Assembly (NCBI GenBank): GCA_964016885.1
Contig: OZ024740.1
Location: 216,690,001 to 216,754,000, forward strand
Length of the DNA stretch: 64,000 nt
Direction: 5' to 3'
Origin: Eledone cirrhosa
Taxonomy: Eukaryota
Of this stretch, positions 40,586 through 55,127 are shown piece by piece. Each line of letters starts with the position of its first letter. Within the stretch, counting starts at the first letter, position 1. Made by a program: the position numbers and the translations under genes. The notes below the pieces were generated by a model. It did no database searches and had not been told where the DNA came from. It saw only the letters and a program-made list of their open reading frames with translations.

Positions 40586-42193
40586 GGTAGCCAACTCTGT
40601 GGTGATGGTGGTAGTAGGGAGGTGGTCCTAGGGTAGCCAACTCTGTACCAATGGTGTTAGTAGGGAGGTGGTCCTAGGGTAGCCAACTCTGTGCCAATGG
40701 TGTTAGTAGGGAGGTGGTCCTAGGGTAGCTAACTCTGTACCGATGGTGTTAGTAAGGAGGTGGTCCTAGGGTAGCCAACACTGTACCGATGGTGGTAGTA
40801 GGGAGGTGGTCCTAGGGTAGCCAACTCTGTGGTGATGGTGGTAGTAGGGAGGTGGTCCTAGGGTAGCCAACTCTGTACCAATGGTGTTAGTAGGGAGGTG
40901 GTCCTAGGGTAGCCAACTCTGTGGTGATGGTGGTAGTAGGGAGGTGGTCCTAGGGTAGCCAACTCTGTACCAATGGTGTTAGTAGGGAGGTGGTCCTAGG
41001 GTAGCCAACTCTGTACCAATGGTGTTAGTAGGGAGGTGGTCCTAGGGTAGCTAACTCTGTACCGATGGTGTTAGTAAGGAGGTGGTCCTAGGGTAGCCAA
41101 CACTGTACCGATGGTGGTAGTAGGGAGGTGGTCCTAGGGTAGCCAACTCTGTACCAATGGTGGTAGTAGGGAGGTGGTCCTAGGGTAGCTCACTCTGTGG
41201 TGATGGTGTTAGTAGGGAGGTGGTCCTAGGGTAGCTCACTCTGTGGTGATGGTGTTAGTAGGGAGGTGGTCCTAGGGTAGCTCACTCTGTGGTGATGGTG
41301 TTAGTAGGGAGGTGGTCCTAGGGTAGCCAACTCTGTGGTGATGGTGTTAGTAGGGAGGTGGTCCTAGGGTAGCTCACTCTGTGGTGATGGTGTTAGTAGG
41401 GAGGTGGTCCTAGGGTAGCCAACTCTGTACCAATGGTGGTAGTAGAGAGGTGGTCCTAGGGTAGCCAACTCTGTACCAATGGTGGTAGTAGGGAGGTGGT
41501 CCTAGGGTAGCCAACTCTGTACCGATGGTGTTAGTAGGGAGGTGGTCCTAGGGTAGCCAACTCTGTACCAATGGTGGTAGTAGAGAGGTGGTCCTAGGGT
41601 AGCCAACTCTGTACCGATGGTGGTAGTAGGGAGGTGGTCCTAGGGTAGCCAACTCTGTACTGATGGTGTTAGTAGGGAGGTGGTCCTAGGGTAGCCAACT
41701 CTGTACCGATGGTAGTAGGGAGGTGGTCCTAGGGTAGCCAACTCTGTACCGATGGTGGTAGTAGGGAGGTGGTCCTAGGGTAGCCAACTCTGTACCGATG
41801 GTGTTAGTAGGGAGGTGGTCCTAGGGTAGCCAACTCTGTACCAATGGTAGTAGGGAGGTGGTCCTAGGGTAGCCAACTCTGTACCGATGGTAGTAGGGAG
41901 GTGGTCCTAGGGTAGCCAACTCTGTACCGATGGTGTTAGTAGGGAGGTGGTCCTAGGGTAGCCAACTCTGTACCAATGGTGTTAGTAGGGAGGTGGTCCT
42001 AGGGTAGCCAACTCTGTACCGATGGTGGTAGTAGGGAGGTGGTCCTAGGGTAGCCAACTCTGTACCGATGGTGTTAGTAGGGAGGTGGTCCTAGGGTAGC
42101 CAACTCTGTACCGATGGTGTTAGTAGGGAGGTGGTCCTAGGGTAGCCAACTCTGTACCAATGGTGGTAGTAGGGAGGTGGTCCTAGGGGAGCC
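40586..42193. repeat. 46-bp G-rich minisatellite, about 35 copies
   Basis: Unit gggtagccaactctgtaccgatggtgttagtagggaggtggtccta. Confidence 0.95.
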
Positions 42194-42391
42194 AGGGACA
42201 CCAGAAGTTTCCAAGACAAATAACAATTTGTTTCAATGGTTTTATTACATGTATTTAATTAGTTTAATTTCTCCCCCTTTAACAATAGCTAAAAGGAGAT
42301 TTCCGCATGGTGATAAATGTATGTAATATTTTGAAAAGGCTTGCTGAATGCACAAGCCAAAATCACTTGGAGTTGCTGTCAGGAATTCACA

Positions 42392-42424
<33 letters not shown>

Positions 42425-42870
42425 CTATATATATATATATAAACAGGGAGACACAAAGCAGGCTTTGTTTTAGAAATGGCTAGCAGATTTGAAAATTAGG
42501 TAGTAACATGTGCTTATGCCGTATTTGACTAAATAGAATTAATCTGTTAGTTGGGATTTTAAAAAAACCTCTGAATGGAAAAAAGGATGAGTATTGACGT
42601 ACATGGGACACAAAGCCACATCTTTGGTTTGCTGTACCAATGTGTTACCATTACACCAACACACCACCCATGCTTCCTTCCATTCAATTAGAGGCTATAT
42701 AACAGGTCTATATATGTATATAAATAGGGAGACATAAATCACACTTGAAAATATTTACATAATTTACTTAACTCTTAAAAATCTTGTAAAGAAAATAACT
42801 CAAAATGGGTTTATGAATTTAAATGGTTATAGTATCTTTATTGGTAGACAAATCATAATAAAAGATTGCA

Positions 42871-43199
42871 TTAACCCTTTAGCAGCCATATCTGGCAAGG
42901 ATTCTCTCACATCTTCCTGTTGAAACCAGCTGTAACTGGCTACTCATACTGGCGTTAAGGTATTTTTAATTAAAATAAATAATATCAAAATCTCATAGAT
43001 TCAATATTATGTGAGATAATTATATGAAATAAAGCCTTTACCCTGAAAATATAATAGTAAATATAATGAAAATTATTGTGTACAGTGCTCAGGTGCACTA
43101 CAACTCATCAAAAGTGCTTGTATAGTACATAGAATAATGTACAAATATGAGGAAAGTTAATAGTGTATATATAAAGTAATGTAAATGCTAAAGGGTTAA
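42871..43199. mobile_element. piggyBac-like MITE (TTAA TSD) with a nested about 100-bp insertion
   Basis: TTAA-ccctttagca...tgctaaaggg-TTAA. The sister copy at 53186-53411 lacks 43065-43170, which matches 8003-8105 inverted. Confidence 0.75.
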
Positions 43200-44058
43200 A
43201 CTAAAGCAATATTTAATGTAATTCAATCATTGTGTTGTTTTATACTTTTCAAAAATGCCTAGTTATTGTGATTTTATGTGGTACAGGATGTTAAAAGTTT
43301 ATGGTTCAGAAACCAAAATCTACATATCACAAGTTTTTCTATGATGTCTATTTAAGGTTTTCATGTTTATAGAAAATATTTATCATACAACAGTTCTTTT
43401 CTTATAATCAATGCTTTTCAGTGACTTTCATTTGACTTTGCTGGGGTTTTTTTCCCTTCTCAATTTCTAAAGTTGAATCATTAAACAACATTAATTGACG
43501 AATCATTTAAGATTCATTGTAGCAATCCTTTCAAGTTTTATCTATGACTAGCAGTAACAATGTTTTATGCCTGTGTTTCTAATATTTCATTATGATGCTC
43601 TTCACAACTCTCATTAACAAAAATCAGTGAGTACTGCCATCTGGCTGTGGTACACCAATATAAATAGTCTACCGACAGCACTGTTTACTTCAAACAACTG
43701 AATGTTTCTTTCACTTCTAGAAGTCTATTTATTGTTATCCTTCTGTAAACTATATATCTTTTACTATTCAATTAATTTCGATTGGAGATTGATGGCAACA
43801 ATGCCTATGAGGGGAGTGGGGGGCATGGTAATGATGATGATGATGATGGGAGTTATGATACATGTTGCTGCTAGGAGTGCAGAGGTTTGTGGTGCAGCCT
43901 TGGTAGATATGAAGTTGTAATAGCCATGGTGAGAAGTTGCTGAAAAATGTTGATCAGGGTGTCTGATATTATTTGTGTGTGTGCTTAAGCGTCATTTTCT
44001 GTGGATGGATGACGAAGGGAGAACTCAATACATGTTGTACAATATATGTTATATATCC

Positions 44059-44535
44059 AAATTCGCTATCTTCAATTTGGTGTTAGTGCCAACCCTTACC
44101 TATGGTCATGCATCTTGGATAATGACCGAAAGATTATGATTGCGATTACAAGCGGCCAAAATGGGGTTCCTCTGAAGGGTCTTTGGAGTAATGTTACTCA
44201 ATAGAGTGTGTAGCTCAGAGATCAGAGAGTTCCTCCAGATAGAATCTCTACTGCTATGAACTGAGAGATCACAGCACCGATATTATGGACATGTGGTTAG
44301 AATGTCTCAGGAAAGAATCTCTGGACAGATTTTATGGGTAAAAAAACCAACCGGTAGGAGACCCAGAAGTAGACCCTGAGCAAGATGGTTGGATAACATC
44401 CACGAACTTGGCTGATCTCGCTTGGGGATCCAGCCGGATCAGTTGGAGACCATTACTTCTGACAGGACCCTCTGGAAGGAGTGTTTGAGGCTTCTACCCC
44501 CATGGCCCTCTCAGGGATAAGTGGGTGAAGAAGAA
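44059..44535 (+). mobile_element. Old RTE LINE C-terminal remnant (third family)
   Basis: KFAIFNLVLVPTLTYGHASWIMTERL*...YYGHVVRMSQER...GRRPRSRP*ARWLDNI, with stops. Confidence 0.8.
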
Positions 44536-45177
44536 CATTAGTACTATGATGTCATACAAAATATTTCACATTGAATTTGCTATAATATTATGTATCTTGT
44601 GATATATATATATCAGTATTTTATCTTGTCCTATTATTGTTATGAGATGCTAGCTTGATTTTTGTAGTGGGTGGATAGGGTAACAAAGGGACCAAGTCAT
44701 TTGCAAATGAAGCTAATCAGCCCATGTACATAGATGTCAAAACTATGTATTTTCACCTATATTGAATTCTAGCAGAGAGCAGGGTAGGGAGAGCACAGCC
44801 TTGATAACGGCCATCAGCCAGACACAATCGCTTCCAAAACTCAAAGCTAAAGGCTTTCAAATGTTTATTTCATAAACATTCCGTATATCATTAGATATAC
44901 AACATACGGATACTTGTATGTATGCAGCTATGTCAGTGAAAACTTTAATTCTCTCTCTCTCTCTCTGTATATATATATATATTTATTTGGGTTTGTTGGT
45001 TCACCACTGGATCAAACTGGTCATTCTGTGTGGTCAGCCATGATGTAATGTTATGGAAAGCACTCAACGTTATGTAACCACCTGTCTTCGTTTGTGTAGT
45101 TGGTGGTGCGAGTACAGAGTTAATTATTACAAAATAACAGGAGGCATGTTCTGGTGTAAATCTTTGAAAGGTTTATT

Positions 45178-45235
45178 TTACTATGATCATTTCAATGACC
45201 GGGTTCATTATGAATCCGGTGACATCATCAGGTAA
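45178..45235 (-). ncRNA. Minimal type I hammerhead motif
   Basis: UUAC-CUGAUGA-U-GUCACCGGAUUCA(UAA)UGAACCCGGUCAU-U-GAAA-U(GAUC)A-UA-GUAA. Confidence 0.78.
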
Positions 45236-45405
45236 TTCAAAATATAACGAAGGAATATATCAGATAAAAATCTTTGGTGTTTAAATCAGAGACAAGAGGA
45301 GGGCCGGTAATTTAGCAACTTGTATCTAAAATACCGGCCCTCCTCTTGTCTCTGATTTAAACACAAAAGATTTTTATCTGATATATTCCTTCGTTATATT
45401 TTGAA

Positions 45406-45463
45406 TTACCTGATGATGTCACCGGATTCATAATGAACCTGGTCATTGAAATGATCATGGTAA
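45406..45463 (+). ncRNA. Hammerhead motif with a mutated cleavage triplet (AUG)
   Basis: Mirror copy of 45178-45235 but with G at position 17, so predicted inactive. Confidence 0.7.
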
Positions 45464-45582
45464 AATAAACCTTTCAAGGATTTACACCAGAACATGCCTC
45501 CTGTTATTTTGTAATATATGTCTTCCTCCGGTTGCAACGTTTTTTGAAATATTCACTTCTGCATTCACAGATTGACTTTGTT

Positions 45583-45633
45583 AGTTTCAGAAGATCCCGT
45601 TAAGGGTGAAAGCAGCGATTCTTTGCTTAAACT
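45583..45633 (+). ncRNA. Hammerhead-like motif with a core variant
   Basis: AGUUU-CAGAAGA-U-CCC(GUUAA)GGG-U-GAAA-GCA(N9)UGC-UU-AAACU; U4 is replaced by A. Confidence 0.65.
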
Positions 45634-46171
45634 TTAATCTGTTATTTTAATAAATATATATATATATATATGTATGTATATATATGCACACATAAAGTTA
45701 AGTTTCCCTACTTCATTACTGACTTAGTCTATGTAAACCCATCCATCCCTTGCTAGTGGGGACATTGGATGTTAAAACGACAATGATGATGATGTGTATA
45801 TATACATATTGTGGGTGTGTCTCGCAACAGATGTCTTCATACCAACATGCTTTAAAGAACCAGAGACTTTGCTTACATCCTACAGAAACAAATGATGTGC
45901 GTTGATTGGTCTACACCCATGTATAGCATGTGTGTGTGTATGTATATCCGTGTGTGTGTGAGCTGGTTGGTCTACACCCATGCATATATACACCATTTGA
46001 GATTGGATGCCCTTAGATGTGATTCTGGTTTTGCTTGATTAACAAGTCTAATGAGGTGACTGGGGCTAGTGTCTGTCCATATCACAAATATGGATCTTGT
46101 GTCACCCATCTGTGAAGCATTCGTAAATGAGCCTAATCAATAAAACCTCAATGTGAAACCTCACTTTCTTC

Positions 46172-46211
<40 letters not shown>

Positions 46212-47098
46212 TCACTGTATACTGATTAATGTTCAGAGCCATCCTCAGCATTCTCGTGTAGCACCCATCCACCATCTGAGTGAGTTTCTTGGTCAGTGTC
46301 CAAGTCTCAGACCCGTACAGCAGCACAGACTCCGCTACAGCAACAAAGAGGTGGATCTTCAGGTCTTTACGAAGGTCCGACTTCCACACTGATCTCAAGC
46401 TGTGGCATGCCGCCCAGGCTTTGCTCTTCCTCTCGACCAGATCATCTTCCGTATTCCCAATCTTTGCTTCCAAATACAGGAAGTCCTCAACCAATTCTAG
46501 CGGCTTCCCGCCTACATTAGTAATCTTCTCTGACGTCTTAATATTCTCTACCAGATATTTTCTCTTAATCTCATTCATTCTCAGCCCCACACCCATCGAC
46601 ACAGTCTCCACCTCCTGCATCAAATCCTCTGCTTCCTTCCCTATGTTTGTCACCAAAACTATGTCGTCGGCAAATTCAGGATCTGATATCTTTTTTGCCT
46701 TAACTCTCCTGCTCTGAGCCGGTGTTGCAGTAAAGCCAGAGTCCTGGTGTTTCTCCAGCGCAAGGCACATACAATAGTCCACTTCGATAAAAAGGTAGGG
46801 AGCCAATTTATCTCAGAGCTGTACGGGAGCCTCCCAAAAGTCAGCTCAAAAGTGACACAGAGGAGACTGTGGTTAGCTGGACATGCTCACCGACATCCAG
46901 AGTTGACACTGCACTCAGTGCTTCTGTGGGAGCCCCTGCATGGACACACTGGAAGAGGAAGACCGAAGTTGAAATATGTTGATGCCCTAAGGACAGCCAC
47001 TAGTCTGTTGGAGATGCAGGACATGGCAGCGATAATGAGGGACAGAGACCGCTGGAGAGAACTCGTCCATGGATCTCGGGAATTTTACCCGCCCTAGA
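46212..47098. mobile_element. 5'-inverted RTE-like LINE fragment
   Basis: Minus-strand RT part 46212-46790 (FADDIVL...LLYGSETWTLT...RMLRMALNI) is joined to a plus-strand C-terminus 46805-47097 (ELYGSLPKVS...RRLWLAGH...GRGRP). Confidence 0.88.
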
Positions 47099-47466
47099 GA
47101 TATATTATATACATATATATACTCAATGTGGTCTACTTTTCGTGGTTGGGCATATACCGTAGTTAGAACTCAATGTAATCCTCCTTCCACTATCTTTATC
47201 AAGGGAGGCAATCTGGAATATATATTTGTATGGTATGTCTATTTTTGTATCTACCCTGATTATATACTACCAATAAAGATTCTAACTTCATTGTTTCCAA
47301 AGAAGATGGTATGATCGAACCAATATATTATGTTTGATAGTATACAGTTCTCTAACTGCTATAAATCAGTCAATATATCAATATGATCAACCCTCTAAAA
47401 TGATCGTAAAACAATGAATTGAATATGAAAAATGGTTTGCCTTCGCTATTTTTATCAATGTTAAAC

Positions 47467-47554
<88 letters not shown>

Positions 47555-47559
<5 letters not shown>

Positions 47560-47950
47560 GCGCATGGCTTAGTGGTTGGTTAGAGCATCGGGCTTGCAAT
47601 TGAAAGGTTGTGAGTTCAATACTTGGACCGGGTGATGTGTTGTTTCCTTGAGCAAGACACTTTATTTCACATTGCTCCAGTTTACTCAGCTGTAGAAATG
47701 AGATGATAGGGACTGGGATCCCTATCATTCCACTGTAAAGTGGACGTGTAGGCGCCACAGGAAAAAAGCACCCACACTCACTGTAAATGAGGTTGGTGTT
47801 AGGAAGGGCATCCAGCTGTAGAAATCAAGCCAGAATCAGTTCCTGTATGAGCAAGACAAGGTCAGACGACCGGACACTGTTCGCAACAGGACAACCCGTC
47901 TAACCCATGCTAGCGTGGAAGAACGGACGTAAAACGGTGATGATGATGAT
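47555..47950 (+). mobile_element. tRNA-head SINE with the alternative RTE tail
   Basis: Same head and body as 60743, but the tail matches the 15121-15300 LINE 3' end. Confidence 0.85.
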
Positions 47951-48143
47951 ATATAACATTAACAAAGAGAAGACAATGAACAAAAAAAGGCAAAACAAAA
48001 GTTTTTTGAAGGGTGAAACCTTAAAAAAATATTTTTGAAAATAAGACAAACGAAAGACACAGAACTCGAAGGTTTTCAGCTGGCAAGATGGACTTCTGGC
48101 AGTTTCCACACACGCACACATATGTATATATATGCACACATAC

Positions 48144-48206
<63 letters not shown>

Positions 48207-48895
48207 TCATCATCATTATTTCATTTCATTTGTGTACATATATATATGTATGTATACATATATATATATACTAAGTATTAATGAGACAGTATGCTTTTGG
48301 TAAATGATAACGATTATAATCTTAGATAATAGATTCAAACATGTATAAGTTAAATACATACATATATATAAAAGAGTGTAAATGCATGAATGATTCACAG
48401 TTCAAAATAAGGTCCGTAAAAATTTACAGGTTGGATATTTGAACTATATTTAAAACATAGATAGAAAAATAAAGATAGAGAAATAATGGTATGGATCAAA
48501 GTTAATAATATTATGTTATGTATATCAACGTGTCAGCATGTTATTAAACAAGTGGCATTCATTCAAACGTTATTTCCCTTATAGAAAGTTATAAGATAAA
48601 GCAATATTAAAAGCCATTAAGGTTTTCAACTGTTGATTATGTACGTCTAAAAACCAAATTTGGTTGGTTACTGTTTTTCCCTGGTCTTATGGGAGGCTTG
48701 GAATGTAGACAAGGCTTTATGAAAGCAGTTAGAGAATAATTTTTTGTTAATTAAGGTCTCATAATTATTAATAATCAAAAGGGTCTCCATTGTATAAAGC
48801 GCACAGTTACTTGATATACTTGAGTTGTAGAGTGCTTCCAATCTACTGTAAAACTTATTCTTTGATGTATTCATTGAATCTTGTTTAACTCTTTA

Positions 48896-48961
<66 letters not shown>

Positions 48962-49555
48962 CCATATATATATATATACACATACATATATAATATATAT
49001 ATATATATATATACACGCACACCTGTACACACACACACATGGGGATATGTCTATGTAGTTATATGGTTTATTTATTTATGGCATTGAAATTAATTTCATT
49101 CTTTTATGTCTTATTTTCCTTAATCTGTTGTCATTAGTGAAAGAAGCAGTGATTTAGGATGTTTACATAGAGTTTTGTGAAAATCAACTTCCACATCTCA
49201 ATATCTTTTTTATATTTATTATATTATGTTTAATATCACATTTTATATCCTGCTGCCATTAATGAACAACAACATCAATAACCCCCCCCCAAAAAATATC
49301 AAAATAATAATAAAATGATTACAAAAGAAATTGAAAATATAAATAAGAATAACAACAACAACAACATTGTGAATTATTTATTATTTTTATTTTTTGTTTG
49401 ATTTTAGAATATTGTAGAAAGAAAGGAGAAAAAATAGAAGTGAAGAAAAAAAACTGCTTTAATTTAAATAAAGACAAAAAAAAATGTGTCAAGAGCAAAT
49501 AAAACATTCAATAAGACTGAATGATGAAATTTAAGCTGATTAGGTATATATATAT

Positions 49556-49623
<68 letters not shown>

Positions 49624-49629
49624 ATTAGG

Positions 49630-49664
<35 letters not shown>

Positions 49665-50288
49665 ATTAGGTATATGTGTGTGTGTGTATTAGGTATATAT
49701 ATATATATATTAGGTATATATATATGTATATGTACATATATAATAGGTATATATATGTGTGTTTGTGTGAGGTATATATATGTGTATGTAGATATTAGGT
49801 ATATATATATTTCTGTGTGTGTGTGTATTAGGATATATATATATGTGTGTGTGTATGTATATATATGTGTATGTGTATATTAGATATATATATATATATT
49901 GTATGTATTAGGTGTATATATATATATGTGTGTGTATATCATCATCATCATCATCGTTTAACGTCCATCTTCCACGCTAGCATGGGTTTGGATGGGAATG
50001 TTTGCACTTGAGGCAAGATTGGTTGTCTTGCTCGTATAGGACTGTCTGGCGGGTTTTCTACGGCTAGATGCCCTTCCTAACACCAACCACGTTTACAGTG
50101 TGGACTGGAAGGTTTTTACCGTGTTACCTACACGGCCACATTACAGTGTGGACTGTGTTTTTTTGTCGTGACACCTACACAACCTCATTTAGAACTGGAT
50201 GTTGTGGTACCAACATAACTTTACATCGGAAGAGGGTGGTGTGGATGGGGTGGGGGTAGTGGGACGGGGGGGGGGGGGATTATTTTGG

Positions 50289-50322
<34 letters not shown>

Positions 50323-50586
50323 TCTATGTGTGTGTAATTTATACACACACACGTGCATATATATATATAGTAGTGGTTGTAGTAATAATAAATACAAAGA
50401 TCAAAGTCCAGTGAGATAAATGTTAGATGGTCGGACGTCATGCTTTGACGCATAGAGTTACAGCCCTTTCCATTCTGAGTTCAAATTCCGCCAAGGTCAA
50501 CTTTGCCTTTCATCCTTACGGGGTCGATAAAATAAAGTACCAGTAATGTACTGGGTAATTGCTGGCCTTGTGCCAAAAGTAGAAAC

Positions 50587-50619
<33 letters not shown>

Positions 50620-52253
50620 TACATACATTTAAACTTTCTTCACACACCAGAAGCTCCTTATACCTTTCCTCAGTTATTCATTCCTTACATTCTACTAATA
50701 TATTCCTGAAGATATTAATTTTGATATTAGTGTTTTATGTCTCAATTGAAAAGCTAACAAACATCAAACATTATAATAAGGTGAAATTTAAGGTTCTAAT
50801 GTAACCCTTTCATTGTCCACTTTCTAATGTAAGACACTACCTGTAATTTATATTTGATATAATTAAGAATTTGGTGTAATTTACAAATATCACTAACAGT
50901 CTCGGTGGATTGGCAGTATCGGTAGAGGGTCAGACACAATGCTTTGTAGCAAAGAGTTACATCCCTTTATGATCTGAGTTCAAATCCCGCTGAGGTTAAC
51001 TTTGCCTTTCAACCTTACGGGGTCGATAAAATAAAGTACCAGTAATACACTGGGATAATTGCTGGCCTTGTGCCAAAAGTGGAAACAATTATTAAAATAA
51101 TTTTTGGAATATAATGAACGAAAGGTTATTTCATAAAATTAATTTATGATGGAAAGTTTTTAGATGAATGTAAACATCTTTACCTTTTTGTTATCAAACT
51201 GGTGTAAAAGGCTTTTGATCCCATGAACAATGTCACCCATTCTAAAGGCTTCCTATTTGAATCTCCCAGCATAATTTTACATAAGACCCGTAAGTTAAAT
51301 TACTATCTTTGTAATAATAATTTTAGTAAATCTCTCAAAATGTTTCATAATCAATTAGAAATAGTTACAAAAACATTAAATCATTGAAAAGTTGATTTTT
51401 GTAAAAGTTTTTGGCCACCCCATAATGTAATATTTTTCTTCTTTCTAGAACCCTTCTCCCATCTATATTTATCTTCTGTGTATATGTTCAGAAAATTTAC
51501 AATTTTGTTTTTCTTGTTTCTTCGAGTTTTTTTATTTTGTGAAAAAAATTATTTTTATATATTTTATAATTGTTTTATAATTTCTGTTTGATTTTTCTTT
51601 AAGAATATATTCTTGTTTCATGGGAAAGAGAAATCCCACCCAAGCTCCACATTGTGTATTGTATCTACTAATTGAAATAGAATTTCAAACAAACAAATAT
51701 CCATTCTCTCTCTTTTGTTTTTTACTCTGAAGTTCGAACGCACACGTACCGCCCCATGTATATATATATATATATATATGTTTAGTACACACACACATAT
51801 ATATGTGTGTGTGTGGTCTTAAGTGTGGGTAGGAAGACGTCTTGAATGGTTATTGATAAAAATATAAATTTTCAAAAATTTCCTTCATTGTTGAACTCCA
51901 AAACTGCTATTGTGAAAAGCTGCAAATATATAATATTGATAAATTGCACTATAATAATAAGTAAATAGTTGTGTATGGCAACAATAAAATTGACCATATG
52001 CTTTATATGACCTCAACGAATACAACAATTTTAAACAATATAAAGGGAAGAAAAAATATGGAAAACTGTTATTATTACTGGTGAGGCATCTGGTGCTGTA
52101 TTTGTATTTGTTTATTTCATATGTGTATAACAATATATATCTATATGTGTATATATCTACATACACACATGCATATATATATACATGCATATATATATGC
52201 ATATATATATATGCGTATATATGCATATATAGATATGTGTGTGTATGTATGTA

Positions 52254-52290
<37 letters not shown>

Positions 52291-52513
52291 TACACACACA
52301 CTCACACATGCATATATATATATATGTATATACACACATATGTGTATATATATATATATATTTCTATGCACATGTGAGTATGGGTGTGGCTGTGTATGTG
52401 TGCCCATGTAAACAATTTATTTTTTCACTTTTATATAGAATGCGTACATTCTCTATATAACATTCCAACCAGAAAGTATTCCTAATTAAACAAGTAAACA
52501 TATTCCTTTGTCT

Positions 52514-52574
<61 letters not shown>

Positions 52575-53185
52575 TGTGTGTGTGTGTGATTATATATATG
52601 TATATAGATATATATATATATATGCATATATATATATATACATATATGGTGTATATATTGTTCTTGTTGCTATATTTCATTTGTGAGCTGATTTCCATTT
52701 ATTTTCATTGTTCCTCAATGTATTCTGGAAGAATCTTTTACACTGATTTACAATCAATTTGTCAGAAAATTCTCTATAAATATGAACATATATGAAATTG
52801 GTTAAAACCTAGTATATAGATTTTATTGATAACTGTGGTGTTAAACAAATATTATACTCTGATGAAAACAACAAAAAGGGGAAAACAAATGAAAAAACAA
52901 CTGGCAACTGTTTACACTTTGGCAGACATAATACAATAATTTATATATTTTTTGAAACTTAATAAATAATAAATTACTTACACCTATACAATGACTTATT
53001 TTTATCCCCTAAAGATTTCAAATGATCTCAATGTCATATGGTTATTAGGTTTTGATAAATTCAACAATGATATCTCATGAAATAACTAATATATTCTAAT
53101 TTATTTATTACCCTCTTCAAAACTTAAATTTACTCTCTAAATTTTGTTATTTTAGTGAGCAAATGGTGTCTTGTTGATGTTTCAT

Positions 53186-53411
53186 TTAACCCTTTAGCAT
53201 TTAAACTGGCTGTATCTGGCTAGAATTTTCTCACCTCTTTCTCTTCAAACAGGCCGTAACCAGCTGTTCATACTTATGTTGAGGTATTGTTCTCAAAATA
53301 AATATCAAAATCTCATAGATTCAATATTATGAGAGATAATTATGTGAAGTAAAACCTTTACCATGAAAATATAATAGTAAATATAGAGTAATGTAAATGG
53401 TGAAGGGTTAA
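53186..53411. mobile_element. piggyBac-like MITE
   Basis: TTAA-ccctttagcattt...aaggg-TTAA, homologous to 42871. Confidence 0.72.
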
Positions 53412-55091
53412 GTTTCTTTTAATTTCTCACTGAAATCATTCATTATTGTTTCAAATCCACTTTAAATGTTGGCATGTGTTGAATCAGTGTTTTACAGCCC
53501 AAGTTGGGTCTTATTTGAAGTTACAGCTGTAGCTGTGTTGAGGGATCATTACTTTTATGTTCCAATATTTGTTGTGCTTTCTCTGAATGTCCTTTCAAAC
53601 ACCAACCACTTTCAAGAGTGTACTGGATGTATTGTATCATGGCAGCTTCTCAAGAGATGTTGTTATATCCTTGACTACTCAGAAGGGTTTTCTCTATCTT
53701 GCGTTGTTTTGATTTGATTCTCAACAGTTTTACAGTGTACTGAATGTAATTTATTGTGGAATTAACACTGAAGAGGTTGCTTTGTCTCTTCCCTGCAAGT
53801 CTACAGACTATTTTCTATTCTGCATACTTTGTATATTTTCAAGGAAATTCAAGAATATGAAGAATGGTGGATTCATTAAAAGATTTCTATTATATAATTT
53901 GAGTTAGGTCTTTTTACCAAAAGCTAAAAAGTAAAAAATGTTGATAGATTCAGTGAAAAGCAAGGTTACCATCCACTGACTGTTGCTACTGCTGCTTATG
54001 ATTAGGGATACTGACTAAATGAAGATAGAATGATTGGGGATGACTCCATCCAAATACATCTTTGTCTTTTAACATTTTACACATCTTAACTATGTTCAGT
54101 TGTATATCATTTTTGTTAAGTATTCATGCAGCATTTCTATTGTGTTCCATTCCGCTATCCATCTTTCATGTTTGTCTTTTTAACTAGCATTTTTCTTAAG
54201 GGACTTCATGCTATTGTTTGTCATTTGTTTTCCATCTGGAAGAAATTGTCCAAATATGGGCATATTTCTTACTTCTGCTATATCAATACTTTTAATCTTT
54301 ATTTATTTGTAAATATCCATATGGATTAGCATCTGTTGGTTTGACAGATATATCTTAAGTTTGTAGTAGATAGAGAGAGAGATGTGGGGAAGATTTGTTT
54401 TTATTTATTTTATATCAATTCTTGTCAAGTGTATAAATGAAAACATTCTTGTAGCAAGATGAATGTTCTAAGTGAATTTGGTGAATATTCTACTAGGAAG
54501 AAGCATACTTCAGAATATGAAAAAGATAGGGGTAAAAACCCCCTTCAGTCACGAATGACCATGGGATTTGCACCTCGAAATTTCCCCTCTGAGGCACAAG
54601 TCCAGGTAACATTGTTTGTGGAAGATCAGCAGTCACCCATGCATACCAGTGACCCTTCTCCATACAGCCAATGTTACAGGAAAGGAAGACATAAAATTAT
54701 ACATATATATATATCACTGTAAATGTGGTTGGTGTTAAGAAGGGCATCCAGCTGTAGAAAACCCGCCAGACAGTCCACGCTGTAATGTGGCCGTGTAGGC
54801 AACACGGTAAAAACCTCCCAGCCCCACACTGTAAATGTGGTTGGTGTTAGGAAGGGCATCCAGCTGTAGAAAACCCGCCAGACAGTCCACGCTGTAATGT
54901 GGCCGTGTAGGCAACATGGTAAAAACCTCCCAGCCCCACACTGTAAATGTGGTTGGTGTTAGGAAGGGCATCCAGCTGTAGAAAACCCGCCAGACAGTCC
55001 TATGCGAGCAAGACAACCACTCTTGCCTCAAGTGGGAAAACTCCTGTCCAAACCCATGCAAGCGTGGAACATGGACGTTAAACGATGATGA

Positions 55092-55126
<35 letters not shown>

Positions 55127-55127
<1 letters not shown>

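Larger units (their letters stand above)
45125..45660. mobile_element. Hammerhead-bearing fold-back element (about 185-bp arms) with a 3' extension
   Basis: 45125-45309 is the reverse complement of 45332-45516. The right arm continues to aataaa-(TA)n. Confidence 0.85.
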
